From a virus: a stretch of 64,000 nt of DNA. Of this stretch, positions 38,878 through 49,152 are shown in pieces. The DNA is taken from IMG/VR virus record IMGVR_UViG_3300045988_010351; one strand, written 5' to 3'. A program made the translations under genes and the position numbers. The notes beneath the pieces were generated by a model, which ran no database searches, was not told where the DNA came from, and saw only the letters and a list, made by a program, of their open reading frames with translations. Each line of letters starts with the position of its first letter. Position 1 is the first letter of the stretch.

Positions 38878-39198
38878 TTAATCCTCTAAATTTTTACTTA
38901 TTCTGTGCATACAAGTTAAATCTGTACATATTGTACTAAGCATTGCTGTAACTTGTCTACGAAGATCTGAAACTTCTTTTTCTAATTGTTTGTTTCTATC
39001 CAAAACATCTTCTAATCTTCTTTTGTTATCTTCACTTAATTCTTTATAAAAATTAAGTGATTCTTTCATATTATCTAACAATGCTCCATCAACTTCTGCA
39101 TTATATTTCTTTTTAGTAAAAAACCAAGTAGTCCAACTTGAAATTATGCTTGTCAATATTCCAACACCTCCAGTGATTAGTAAACTAAAATCAATCAT
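38878..39198 (-). CDS. 106-aa protein with an N-terminal TM helix and a C-terminal coiled coil (i-spanin or holin-like)
   Basis: Hydrophobic residues 5-27 followed by a charged coiled-coil-type sequence; overlaps the next gene by 8 nt. Confidence 0.4.
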   Translation of the reverse strand: MIDFSLLITGGVGILTSIISSWTTWFFTKKKYNAEVDGALLDNMKESLNFYKELSEDNKRRLEDVLDRNKQLEKEVSDLRRQVTAMLSTICTDLTCMHRISKNLED

Positions 39199-39598
39199 TT
39201 TTTCTTAATTTATGAATTACAAACCCTAAAATAAGAAAAGTCCATAACCCCCCTAACCACATTAGTAGTTTTTGCCACTTATAAATATGATTTACTTCTA
39301 CTTTCTTTTCTATTGTGGTAGACACTATCTTAGGAATAGTATCTACTTTTAATATAGTATCTACTTTATTTATATATTTATATTTTGTATAATATTTAGT
39401 AATAAGTAGAGTATCACCCTTTTGCCATCTATCTATACTATCTTTAATATATACACTATCTATTTTGGTGTTATGTATATACTCTTTCTTTATAACTTCT
39501 ACAGGAACTTCTACAATCTTTGTAGTAGTCTTACAAGCTGAAAGCATTAAGATAGATATTATTATGTATATTAAGTTTTTCACGTTACAAAAATACAC
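39191..39598 (-). CDS. 135-aa lipoprotein with a C-terminal TM helix (unimolecular-spanin-like)
   Basis: Signal peptide with lipobox LSAC at residues 19-22, and a C-terminal hydrophobic helix LLMWLGGLWTFLILGFVI. Confidence 0.45.
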   Translation of the reverse strand: MYFCNVKNLIYIIISILMLSACKTTTKIVEVPVEVIKKEYIHNTKIDSVYIKDSIDRWQKGDTLLITKYYTKYKYINKVDTILKVDTIPKIVSTTIEKKVEVNHIYKWQKLLMWLGGLWTFLILGFVIHKLRKND

Positions 39599-39701
39599 AA
39601 AAATTTCATTTTATCAAAGTCACTTTTAACTCAAAAGTGCTAATGGAATCTCTCCAAATCAATAAGATAGGAGAGATTCCTTAGCATAGTTTTATTTTAA
39701 C

Positions 39702-40580
39702 TTATGAAATATGACTAACTAAATATTTCATACATTGATCATATTCTTCAATATATGTTTGTTTTTCTTCTTTAGTTACTTGTATTTTATTCATAGCTTT
39801 AAGATACTCAACAAATTGACCTAAACCAAATATTGTTTTATAAGGTTCTGGCTTATCTTTGAACCATTCAATTAATTCAGCACAACATAAAGCACAGAAT
39901 AAATTATGCTTCCATCTAGAAGAAACATGACAAAGAGAAGTATTTCTTTGTAAGTAATTATAGCCAGCTTCATTTACATAAGCTACTTTATTTGCATTAT
40001 AAAGAAGCTTCATTATAACAGGAGTATCTTCAACATATCTTCTATCACAATATTCAACTGTATCATACATAGTACTTCTTACAATCTTATTGTTCAAGAA
40101 AACCACTTTACCATCATTATAATCAGCAAACTTTTGAAATCCTTCACTTACAGTTGTACCAAAAGTGTTAGTTTCAAACTTATCAGTATCTTCATAACAA
40201 TAAGTAATTCCTCCTCCTACTATATCTGCATCAGTTTCTTTTTGTCTATCAACAAGATGTTCAATATAATCTTTATTAAGCCAATCATCAGCATCAAGTA
40301 ACATTATAAAATCACCAGTAGAAGCTTTAATACCATCTCTCCTTGATAATCCTGCACCAACATTTTCTTTATGTTGTACAAGATTAATAGGGAATGCTAA
40401 ATCAGATTTCTGTAAACCTTTAATGAATTTAAGTGTATTATCTGTTGAACAATCTTCTACTACAACAATTTCAATATTCTTATATGTTTGGTTTAATACT
40501 GAATTAATTGCTTTTTTAATATACTTCTCTACATTATATGCTGTAATTACAACACTTACTTTAATATTCTTCTCTTCCAT
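39702..40580 (-). CDS. family 2 glycosyltransferase (GT-A fold)
   Basis: VSVVITAYNVEKYIKKAINSVLNQTYKNIEIVVVEDCSTDNT followed by the LLDADDW DxD motif is a classic GT2 signature. Confidence 0.8.
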   Translation of the reverse strand: MEEKNIKVSVVITAYNVEKYIKKAINSVLNQTYKNIEIVVVEDCSTDNTLKFIKGLQKSDLAFPINLVQHKENVGAGLSRRDGIKASTGDFIMLLDADDWLNKDYIEHLVDRQKETDADIVGGGITYCYEDTDKFETNTFGTTVSEGFQKFADYNDGKVVFLNNKIVRSTMYDTVEYCDRRYVEDTPVIMKLLYNANKVAYVNEAGYNYLQRNTSLCHVSSRWKHNLFCALCCAELIEWFKDKPEPYKTIFGLGQFVEYLKAMNKIQVTKEEKQTYIEEYDQCMKYLVSHIS

Positions 40581-40603
40581 TATATTTTAATTTACTTATT
40601 GTT

Positions 40604-41776
40604 TTATTGTGCTTTAAGTTTTGCGTCAATTAGGAAGTTGATATAATCATTAAAAGATGGATCTTCAATTAACCACTCTTTTATCACATCTCCTCTAATA
40701 ATTAATCCTCCACTTATACTGCTATCCTCAGATGGTATTCTTTCAATTGCAGGTACATAATTAACACCAGTAAATGCGCTAGGTTCTCCTGTCGCTATTG
40801 CAACAAAAAGAAAACCATCATTATCTATAGATAATCCCGAGACTCTGCATCTATTAAAGTCCGCAGTACTAACATTTAGTTCAGAAGAACTAAGTTTCAA
40901 ACTTAATGCTGGTTCAGCACCGAAATCTGAATCTGCCCAAATACCTCCACGACAGTTAATTGCAAAATGTTTAATTGGTTCAGCAGCGGAAAATTCCAAA
41001 TGTCTACCTACCTCTGCTACAGTTGCAGTAGCAAGTCTTAAATCTAGTGAATTGCCATTAATCCAAAGACCGTTTGAGTTATTAACATCTAAATAAACAC
41101 CCTTAAGAGGACATTCAGTACTCTCAATATATAATGTATCATCATTTAGTTTGGTAAAGTGTTTCGTAGCTAATTGCAACTTAATTACACCATTATCATC
41201 TGCCATTATACCTGTATCTGAACCTAATGCTATTCCAAAAGAACTAATAGGTATATTATTTTTAGTTTTATAACTAAGTATAGAACCATTTACAGTTGGA
41301 GCAACCGATGTACCCATTTCCATAGTACCGCCTAAAGCATCCCATTTTATCATTGGTGCACTTCCGTATTCTGCTGTTACACAAACAACATTTGTATAAG
41401 CTGGGTATGTTACATCTTCTAAAGTAAAATTACTTTTTATGTTCCAGACATCTCCTACAGATACATCACGTAATGCCCCAGTAGGAAGGTCATCAAATGT
41501 ATCAACAGAGCCTTTATATTTGAAAAGTTTAGTTACATCTGTAATAGCATCTAATTTACTAATATCATTATTACTAACACCTTGGATTCTATTACCATTT
41601 ATAATAAGTGTATTTCTATCATTATCTGTAGTTGCAGTAACACCATCAAGTGCTTTTCCATCTTTTTGTGCTAAATAAAACTTAGCTTGGTTACCCTCTT
41701 TTACACTTTCTGCTAAAGCTGTAGCATAATCTTTACTTGCTACTACTCTAAATTGTTTTCCTACAATATTTCCCAT
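40604..41776 (-). CDS. 390-aa tail fibre or tail-associated protein candidate
   Basis: ORF with G/N/T/S-rich beta-type composition. Confidence 0.45.
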   Translation of the reverse strand: MGNIVGKQFRVVASKDYATALAESVKEGNQAKFYLAQKDGKALDGVTATTDNDRNTLIINGNRIQGVSNNDISKLDAITDVTKLFKYKGSVDTFDDLPTGALRDVSVGDVWNIKSNFTLEDVTYPAYTNVVCVTAEYGSAPMIKWDALGGTMEMGTSVAPTVNGSILSYKTKNNIPISSFGIALGSDTGIMADDNGVIKLQLATKHFTKLNDDTLYIESTECPLKGVYLDVNNSNGLWINGNSLDLRLATATVAEVGRHLEFSAAEPIKHFAINCRGGIWADSDFGAEPALSLKLSSSELNVSTADFNRCRVSGLSIDNDGFLFVAIATGEPSAFTGVNYVPAIERIPSEDSSISGGLIIRGDVIKEWLIEDPSFNDYINFLIDAKLKAQ

Positions 41777-41777
41777 G

Positions 41778-42254
41778 TTATTCTGCTGTTAATTGATTTA
41801 TTAATTGTTGTACTTTCTTTTCTAATTCTTCTACACGTTTCTCTAAACCTTTTATATATGGAGTAAAATCATATAAATCTACCCATAAATCTTCATTACT
41901 AAATTGTGATAAATCATCCCTAAATTGATATATTCTCCAATTATTTTCATTGTCTGAAAAAGTAATAACTAAACCTTCTTTTCTCTGTATAACAGGTACT
42001 GTTTGAATAGCTTCTACTAAAGTAATATTACTCTTATTATAGGTATCAGTGATATTAATAAAAGATTCTTTTTTCCATAAAGATATTTGGTCTAGAAACT
42101 CTCTAACATTAATTTGTTTATTCTCACCATCTTGAATTATAGCCAGAGTATCATCAACTTTAACACCGTTGGTTTCAGGAAATTCACTGTCCTTAATGCC
42201 TCTGGCAAGTAATCCTTGGTATATTTTGTCTATATCTTCTCTAGTAAAAAACAT
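41778..42254 (-). CDS. 158-aa hypothetical structural protein
   Basis: ORF. Confidence 0.45.
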   Translation of the reverse strand: MFFTREDIDKIYQGLLARGIKDSEFPETNGVKVDDTLAIIQDGENKQINVREFLDQISLWKKESFINITDTYNKSNITLVEAIQTVPVIQRKEGLVITFSDNENNWRIYQFRDDLSQFSNEDLWVDLYDFTPYIKGLEKRVEELEKKVQQLINQLTAE

Positions 42255-42258
42255 AATA

Positions 42259-42876
42259 TTACAATTGTATTAAACCACAACTCCTAAACTGGTCTAATAA
42301 TGTATTAACTACTCCTACTACTTGTGCAGTAGTAGCACTTTCAGCGAGATTAACTATATTAGTAATAGCCTTAACTCCGCCTAATGAAGTTTTAGTAGCT
42401 TTAGATAAAGTATATTCTCCTAAAGTAAATTCACTTAATTTAGTGACTTCACCATCAGCAGCTATAGAATATTTAACTGCATGGCCTTCATCAGTTATGA
42501 TAAGTGCATTACCTCCTGTAGTAGGTAGCCAAGAAGCAGTACCATATCCATAATTTATATCAGTAAAGAAAGTATGGTCATTACTTTGTATAGTTTTTAA
42601 CTTACTAAGATTAGCCTCTTTTATACTCTCTGAATTACCTATTGCTAGTTCAACTACACCTTGTTCAGAACCAAATATTGATAAATCCTTTTTTATCTGT
42701 CCTACCTCTTTATCTAGACTATCTACTTTTTCTTCAAGTTCCTGTCTATCTTCAGAAGTAGCATTTAAGGGAGTCCATCCTTTATTTCCATATACTTTTA
42801 GCTCACCATTATTAAGCCATAGGTTTTGAATATTAGGAGCTTTATTATCTTCTATAATATCTCTAAATCTTCTCAT
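42259..42876 (-). CDS. 205-aa hypothetical structural protein
   Basis: ORF overlapping the portal gene stop by 4 nt. Confidence 0.45.
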   Translation of the reverse strand: MRRFRDIIEDNKAPNIQNLWLNNGELKVYGNKGWTPLNATSEDRQELEEKVDSLDKEVGQIKKDLSIFGSEQGVVELAIGNSESIKEANLSKLKTIQSNDHTFFTDINYGYGTASWLPTTGGNALIITDEGHAVKYSIAADGEVTKLSEFTLGEYTLSKATKTSLGGVKAITNIVNLAESATTAQVVGVVNTLLDQFRSCGLIQL

Positions 42877-45296
42877 TTACCTGATTTTTGAGTTGTTTTA
42901 TTTATCTGCTTTTCTTTAAGTCTTGCATCAGACTTTGCCTTATCCTTATCAAACTCTAGCCTTTCTCTATCAAGTTTGAGTCTTTCATCAAATTGCCTCA
43001 TTGACTCTAGTAGCTTATCCTTAGCTTCTTGTGAGTACTCAGGTTCTACTATACCATCATCTTCATTTTGTTTAGCATAGGCATTCATTTGTGCAATAAG
43101 AATCTTAGTCTCATTATCTCTTTGATTAAGAGTATCTTCTTGCTGCATCTTAGCTTGCTCCATCTGAGTCTTCTGTTCTATCTCTTGTTGCTGTACCTGC
43201 AATTGCTGTTGCTGAGCTTGAGCCTGTCTTTCTTGAATATTTTTTTCATCTTTTTCAACAAGTCTTTGCTTCTCAGCAAGTGAAGATGAACTAAATAACT
43301 TCATAATAGTTGAGAATGATAGAGTTTGATTCTGTAGAGCTGCTTGAGCTAAAGTATCTAGCTTTTGGTTAAGTTCTTGGACACCATTACTGCTATCTAC
43401 TACAAGGCCATAATCAGCCTCTGCAAATTCATCACCATCTATATCCATAACTCTCATTGAATTATCAGACAAAATATATTGAAACTTCAGGCTTCTGCCT
43501 CTTAATGCTATCTTAGCAGTCTCAAGCAAGCACTCTAATGCCCTCTTCTTAACATCTTCATGTACTACAAATAACCACTCTGTAATATGAGAAGACTGCA
43601 TCATACTCCTCTCTACTCCACCTACTGTCTCTCTATTACTTACTTGACCTTCTCTCTGTTTGGTAATACCAGCAACTTCTGACATTTCCATCTTGATAAA
43701 CTCAAGAAGATTAATGTATTGCTGTATCTGATTACCATCAGAAGCTGCAATTACACCAGTGGAAGCATTGTTTAATGCACCTGCAAGTTTACCTGTAGCT
43801 GCACCTACATTACCTTCATTGAAGCTGTCTTCTACTGCAAGACCCATAGTCTTTGCATAGTATAACCATTTTTCTACATCCCATCCCTTAGGTTTCTTGG
43901 CAACATCTAATCTCACCAATGAACCCCAATTTCTTGCTATCAGCTTGTTTAGCCTATCATGTATTGCATCATACAAATAGTTATATGGCTTCATCATATC
44001 CACCAAGCTGAATGGTCTATTGTCATTAAGGTTGTAAATAGAGCCTATAATTCCAAAGTGACATCTTGAAGGGTTACTCAGTCTGTTATATTGAACTACT
44101 CTTGGTCTCATATTGACATAAATATCAGTACCAATCTTAGTTCCTTCCCATGCTTCATTGATGTAGAATATCTGTTCCTCTTCTCCAGCATCCTTATTTA
44201 TTACATAAGTCTCTGGGTAAAAGTTAAATACTTCTTCACCTGTTTGAGGGTCATAACTTCTTACCTTCTTAATCTTTCTCCTTGACTTCCAATATACTCT
44301 AAGTACTCTCAAGTTTCCTGCAACATCATAAGGTAGAAGTGAGTTATTAACTCCATCATATCCTCCTAATGGGTCCCAAAAGAGTCCATCTGTACTTATT
44401 TCATCTCCTATCATGTGGTTATTGACAAAGCCATATCTTTCATCTATGTTATCCATAGAGTCTGTAGCAGCTTGACCTACATGGTCAGGCATCTTCTCTA
44501 TGTACTCCATGTCTTTCTTTGTCAATACATCATAATAGGTATCAATAACCTTGCCTGGACTCCAATAATCTTCAAGGATTATCATATCTGCATCCTCAAT
44601 CTTATTGCTATATCCTGACTTAAAGATTCTTACCTTGAGTGGATTTAGTCTCTCAATAGTAGGCTCACCTCCTACAATATCACATTGATAAATCTCTTCA
44701 CCAACTGCCATTGCATCCATGAAGCCTTGGTTGAATATTAAAGGAATATTCAACTCCTTTACATAGTGGTTAAGGAGGGCATTAGCCCTAATTTCCCTCA
44801 TGTCCTGCCACTCATAACTGTAATAGTCATTTATCTTTTCAAGCTCCTGATTGGCCTCTTCCTCTGACTGAGAAGTATTAGATACCCACTCTTGTAGCTT
44901 CTGTAGTAATTCTTGCTTCTTGTTATTCTCTATCTCTGTAATAGCATTAGGGTTAGTAACTACTACTTTGAAGTCAAAGATTCTTTTACTTTCCTCACCT
45001 CTAAGCACATTCAACTTACTATTCATAATAGGATAGTGTTGAATCCTATCAGGTATGAAACCTGCCTGTAACTTTTCAGGATTCAGTATCATCTCAAGGT
45101 CACTCATGTGGAGTTTACCATTGAGCAAGTCATAGTTAATTTTCTTATGTATTACAGATTTTCTAACTAAGCTATAATTGAAGAAGGTCTTACTGTCTGC
45201 CCAATCCAAGTGCTTCTTCCTCCAAGCTTTATTTTTCTTACTGAAGGGAAGTTGCTGTGGAGGCAAGTTTATCATTTCATATCCCATATACTTCAA
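42873..45296 (-). CDS. portal protein candidate (807 aa) with a Gln/Glu-rich coiled C-terminal extension
   Basis: Large protein immediately downstream of the terminase large subunit; size and position are typical of portals. Called from position only. Confidence 0.55.
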   Translation of the reverse strand: MKYMGYEMINLPPQQLPFSKKNKAWRKKHLDWADSKTFFNYSLVRKSVIHKKINYDLLNGKLHMSDLEMILNPEKLQAGFIPDRIQHYPIMNSKLNVLRGEESKRIFDFKVVVTNPNAITEIENNKKQELLQKLQEWVSNTSQSEEEANQELEKINDYYSYEWQDMREIRANALLNHYVKELNIPLIFNQGFMDAMAVGEEIYQCDIVGGEPTIERLNPLKVRIFKSGYSNKIEDADMIILEDYWSPGKVIDTYYDVLTKKDMEYIEKMPDHVGQAATDSMDNIDERYGFVNNHMIGDEISTDGLFWDPLGGYDGVNNSLLPYDVAGNLRVLRVYWKSRRKIKKVRSYDPQTGEEVFNFYPETYVINKDAGEEEQIFYINEAWEGTKIGTDIYVNMRPRVVQYNRLSNPSRCHFGIIGSIYNLNDNRPFSLVDMMKPYNYLYDAIHDRLNKLIARNWGSLVRLDVAKKPKGWDVEKWLYYAKTMGLAVEDSFNEGNVGAATGKLAGALNNASTGVIAASDGNQIQQYINLLEFIKMEMSEVAGITKQREGQVSNRETVGGVERSMMQSSHITEWLFVVHEDVKKRALECLLETAKIALRGRSLKFQYILSDNSMRVMDIDGDEFAEADYGLVVDSSNGVQELNQKLDTLAQAALQNQTLSFSTIMKLFSSSSLAEKQRLVEKDEKNIQERQAQAQQQQLQVQQQEIEQKTQMEQAKMQQEDTLNQRDNETKILIAQMNAYAKQNEDDGIVEPEYSQEAKDKLLESMRQFDERLKLDRERLEFDKDKAKSDARLKEKQINKTTQKSGK

Positions 45297-45309
45297 TTTA
45301 ATTACTATG

Positions 45310-45317
45310 CAAAGGTA
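45310..45317 (-). promoter_or_regulatory. conserved promoter motif copy (GCAAAGGTAAGTAAAAT; minus-strand TACCTTTG)
   Basis: Lies in the 90-nt gap between terminase and portal. Confidence 0.45.
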
Positions 45318-45385
45318 AGTAAAATCCTTGACCTATGCAAGTATATAAGTAATTTATTAGCCATTAGCTTTCATTTTTACTAAAT

Positions 45386-47686
45386 TTACTGCTTGAACCT
45401 AAAGTCATAATTTCTCTCGAAGAATGGGTCATTACCACCATAATTATTATTAGCCCTCTCCTGCTTTTCCTTACTAACATCCCCTTGGTATCTTATCATC
45501 CTATCCTCTCTTAAAAGCATTAACATTCCCATAGCAGATATTCTATCAAAGTTGCCCTCAGAGTTGTAATTAATAAGTTCTTTCAATAGTGCCCTGTTCC
45601 TTACAGTAAAAAGTCTTGGAACCATTACTTCTTTCTCTTCTCCATCAATAGTCTGCATAATAGGAACTGGAGCCAATAGCCAGCTTCTCAATCTACTCCT
45701 TGCATAAGCATTAATGGCAGGAGAGGCATTAGTACCTTTTGACTTGTTACCATAGCCATCCTTCATCATCTGCTTTTCCTTTAAGAAATCAAGAACATCT
45801 GTAAGAAGATAAAGGCTATTTCTTGTCGAAAAGTGAGAGAATAAGCCTTTCTTATTATACTCATAATTCAACATACCATTGTAGAATAGACAAAGTTTTC
45901 TACAAATCTCATAGTAATCATCAGCAAAAGATGGTCTTCCAGTGTATTCAGCCACTATCCTATCTGTCCATAGGTCTAATACAAATATAGAACCTAAAGA
46001 CATAGTATTTGATTCATCATCATCATAAGGGTCAGCACCTAATATATACCTGTCATTATATGGCTTACCTGTATTCTTATCAATCTCAGGCATTTGGTAT
46101 ATCTCAATAGCACCCTCTATCTTATTATCCTTATGAGGAAAGTCCCTAATAGGCATGGCAGAGGTAGGTTTGTACTCTACTTGACCATCTTTACTGAACA
46201 CCAAGTCACCTACATATACATCATCATACTCTGTAGGGTTAGCATCTAGTTGACCTAATCTTTCAGTTAAGTCAGCTACAGGGAACATATTTACACCTGT
46301 CTTAACAATAGCCTCAGCAGGAGTAATAGGAACCTCAGCAATGGTCTTAATGATAGTATTAGGGTCAGTAGAATTGTACTTTACTCTGTACCTATTCATA
46401 AGAATCTCAATAAGAGCCTTAATCACATCAGATACACCATTCTCATTATAGCATCCCTTTCTATTTACATAGCCAGGAAAGAAGAATACAAAGTAAGGTT
46501 TACCCTGGTTGTACTTATCATATACATTAGGTAAAGCATACATATTATAACCTTTTGGGTTATACATAATTTCTTGAGCACCAGCAAAGTCTGATTCATT
46601 ATCACCAGCAGTACCTAACATATAGATTTGACCAAAGACAATATCACCTTCTTGTACTGAAGGTAACAATACATTATACAGGTCTACAAGTCTTGGGAAT
46701 GTACCAAACTCCTCAATAAGAATCTTGGCAGCTCTTTTACCTCTCAATTTAGACTCATCATCCTTAGATGATACTCCAAGTACTGTATTTTGAGTGCCTC
46801 TTTCAATATCAAGGTCTACATCCTTGTACCCCATTATCCATGTCATTTCCTGCAAAGAGTTCTTTAATCTCTTTCTTGGAAACTGGGTATTGGTTGCACA
46901 GAAATTAGCCATGTCCACAAACTTATTTAATACACCATCCTTTGTAAGATACTCCTTCTGATAAGCAGTTACTATACCCTTTACCTTCTCATGTGCTTCC
47001 TCATTTTCACCTACTACAAAGATGTGGTTAAGTATGGATGCAAGACTATATGACTTACCTTTACCTCTGGAGGCAAGCTCAGCCATGTGCTGACCTCCAT
47101 CAAAGTTATTGTATAAACCACCATTTGATGCTTGGTCTAAGCAATGGAATCTCCAATAGATTCCCTCCCAACATTCAGGAAGTGCTTCTATTCTATCAGC
47201 TCTTTTAGACTTTCTCTTTTTACCATTCTTATCCCTATATTCTCTAATCTTGGAGAGCATCATAGGAGAATAATTAAGGAACCAGTACATATAACCTGTA
47301 ACCCATTCTCCATCACTTTCCCTCACATAACCATCCCAGATTCTTCTCCTTTCCTCTCTTATCCATTTACCATACTCACTATTAGGATTGGCATTAGGTC
47401 TAAGGTTAGTAAATGTACCATACTTCTCATAATGTATAGCAGATGGTCTGAAATAGTCCATATCCTCTAATATATGAGGATTAGCCAAGTCCACAATGAT
47501 TCTACCTCTATCATCTCTTGGTCTATCCTTGGCATGTTCTCTTGTAGGACTTATCAATCTCTTGACAAACTCTACATTATTTATAATATCAAATAACTGG
47601 TCCTGAACCTCCTGAGGAAGGCTATTAACCAATTCCTCAGTCAGCTCAGTCTGATATTCATTCATTGGTATTCTCTGAAATTCCAT
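45386..47686 (-). CDS. terL: terminase large subunit
   Basis: Walker A-like ASRGKGKSYSLAS in the N-terminal ATPase region and a 766-aa length; it precedes the portal gene. Confidence 0.7.
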   Translation of the reverse strand: MEFQRIPMNEYQTELTEELVNSLPQEVQDQLFDIINNVEFVKRLISPTREHAKDRPRDDRGRIIVDLANPHILEDMDYFRPSAIHYEKYGTFTNLRPNANPNSEYGKWIREERRRIWDGYVRESDGEWVTGYMYWFLNYSPMMLSKIREYRDKNGKKRKSKRADRIEALPECWEGIYWRFHCLDQASNGGLYNNFDGGQHMAELASRGKGKSYSLASILNHIFVVGENEEAHEKVKGIVTAYQKEYLTKDGVLNKFVDMANFCATNTQFPRKRLKNSLQEMTWIMGYKDVDLDIERGTQNTVLGVSSKDDESKLRGKRAAKILIEEFGTFPRLVDLYNVLLPSVQEGDIVFGQIYMLGTAGDNESDFAGAQEIMYNPKGYNMYALPNVYDKYNQGKPYFVFFFPGYVNRKGCYNENGVSDVIKALIEILMNRYRVKYNSTDPNTIIKTIAEVPITPAEAIVKTGVNMFPVADLTERLGQLDANPTEYDDVYVGDLVFSKDGQVEYKPTSAMPIRDFPHKDNKIEGAIEIYQMPEIDKNTGKPYNDRYILGADPYDDDESNTMSLGSIFVLDLWTDRIVAEYTGRPSFADDYYEICRKLCLFYNGMLNYEYNKKGLFSHFSTRNSLYLLTDVLDFLKEKQMMKDGYGNKSKGTNASPAINAYARSRLRSWLLAPVPIMQTIDGEEKEVMVPRLFTVRNRALLKELINYNSEGNFDRISAMGMLMLLREDRMIRYQGDVSKEKQERANNNYGGNDPFFERNYDFRFKQ

Positions 47687-48015
47687 CCTGTATATTCTCC
47701 ATTTATAACTGCTTCATAAAAATCAGAGCCTATCCAATTAAATATAAGATGGCATAATTCAGTGTTTATGTACTGTTGCATAGACTCCTCTTGCCCTTCT
47801 AGTACTTTAGCAGAATGGCTAAGTGAAATAACTATATACCTATCCTTTCCTTTAACAAACCATAGGATAGCCTTATATGTTTTATAGGCTTTGAAAGTAG
47901 GATGAGGCTCTACTACTCTTTGCAATATTAGATGTCCTTTAGATGAAATATTTCTCTCACCTCTCCTATCTTCAATATGCCTGTTAAGTCCTTCTATTAT
48001 ATCTTCAGCTCTCAT
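47662..48015 (-). CDS. 117-aa hypothetical protein (terminase small subunit candidate by position)
   Basis: ORF overlapping the terL start by 25 nt. Confidence 0.35.
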   Translation of the reverse strand: MRAEDIIEGLNRHIEDRRGERNISSKGHLILQRVVEPHPTFKAYKTYKAILWFVKGKDRYIVISLSHSAKVLEGQEESMQQYINTELCHLIFNWIGSDFYEAVINGEYTGWNFREYQ

Positions 48016-48560
48016 ACGTAATCCATAAAATAAACATTAGTACTATCCTTCTTCAGTATATCATTGATAACAGGATTATGTTTCTTTGCCCATCTCTTAA
48101 TGGTAGAGAAGAAATTAAACCTCTTAATATTGTCCCAAAAAGATACTCCTGATAACCAAGGAGTATAGGTATAATCAAATATACGAGGGTCTCTATCAAG
48201 TATAACCTTCCATCCATTCTTTATACAAGCAAAAGAAAGAGCTAGGCATGGGATGCTCTCCAATACCTCTTCTCTGAATAGGTCTTCACTACCTTCTCTT
48301 TCAAGTATAATCCTAACTTTATATACTGAGAATATATTAACTATCTCTCCTATACTCTTAAATGTAAGGCAAAAATCTACCAATCCATGACATACTCTCC
48401 ATACATTTCCATCTCTCCTTACTCTCACATCAAAGTAGGTTACTCCTATTTCTTTCTGCTGTGCTATACTCTTTACTTGTGTCCTCCATAGGAAAGAGAA
48501 CCATTCAAATAACTTCTTCCTAGCTGGCAAGAATGTATAGCTATCATGTGTCCCAATCAT
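48012..48560 (-). CDS. 182-aa hypothetical protein
   Basis: ORF. Confidence 0.45.
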   Translation of the reverse strand: MIGTHDSYTFLPARKKLFEWFSFLWRTQVKSIAQQKEIGVTYFDVRVRRDGNVWRVCHGLVDFCLTFKSIGEIVNIFSVYKVRIILEREGSEDLFREEVLESIPCLALSFACIKNGWKVILDRDPRIFDYTYTPWLSGVSFWDNIKRFNFFSTIKRWAKKHNPVINDILKKDSTNVYFMDYV

Positions 48561-49096
48561 AATGTCAAATCATCTTCAAAGATTGTCTTTTCTCCAGAAC
48601 CTCTCATCTTACCTGAACTCTTCATCTCAGAGTTAAGTGCTTTTTCAGCTTCATCTAAATCCTTTACAAGAGGAGGTATTTGCTTTATAAGAGCACCTAC
48701 TTCTTTCAAGTCTTTAATCTCTAGGTCATCAAACTCTTGAGCCTTTAACCTCTTTCTATATTTATCAACCATAAATCTCGTGTCTTCAAGGAGTAGAGCA
48801 GATATAGGTTTGAATGACATATAGAAATTCATAGCTTCTGTGACTATCTTATCAGGTTGCCATTTAGGGGGCAATCCTTCTCCCTCTTTAATAGCTTCCA
48901 TTCTTTCCTTGTCATCTACAAGGTATTGATAGTCACTTCTTGGGTCACAGAAAAAGTAAATGAATCCCAATTCCATTATAGCTTTATCCTTATTAACAGT
49001 CTTGTCTCTTTGCCATATTTGTCTGAATGGTTTAAGAGCAAAGGCTTCCTCAGATATTACTATCTTGTAACCCTCATATTTGAATAATTTTATCAT
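48557..49096 (-). CDS. 179-aa hypothetical protein
   Basis: ORF. Confidence 0.45.
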   Translation of the reverse strand: MIKLFKYEGYKIVISEEAFALKPFRQIWQRDKTVNKDKAIMELGFIYFFCDPRSDYQYLVDDKERMEAIKEGEGLPPKWQPDKIVTEAMNFYMSFKPISALLLEDTRFMVDKYRKRLKAQEFDDLEIKDLKEVGALIKQIPPLVKDLDEAEKALNSEMKSSGKMRGSGEKTIFEDDLTL

Positions 49097-49102
49097 AATC
49101 TA

Positions 49103-49143
49103 AGAAAAAAAAAAGTGTATCAAGATTAGTTTTCCTGATACAC
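49103..49143 (-). terminator. rho-independent terminator after the GroES-like gene
   Basis: Stem AGTGTATCA / TGATACACT. Read on the minus strand it is followed by ten T. Confidence 0.6.
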
Positions 49144-49152
49144 TCTCTTGAG

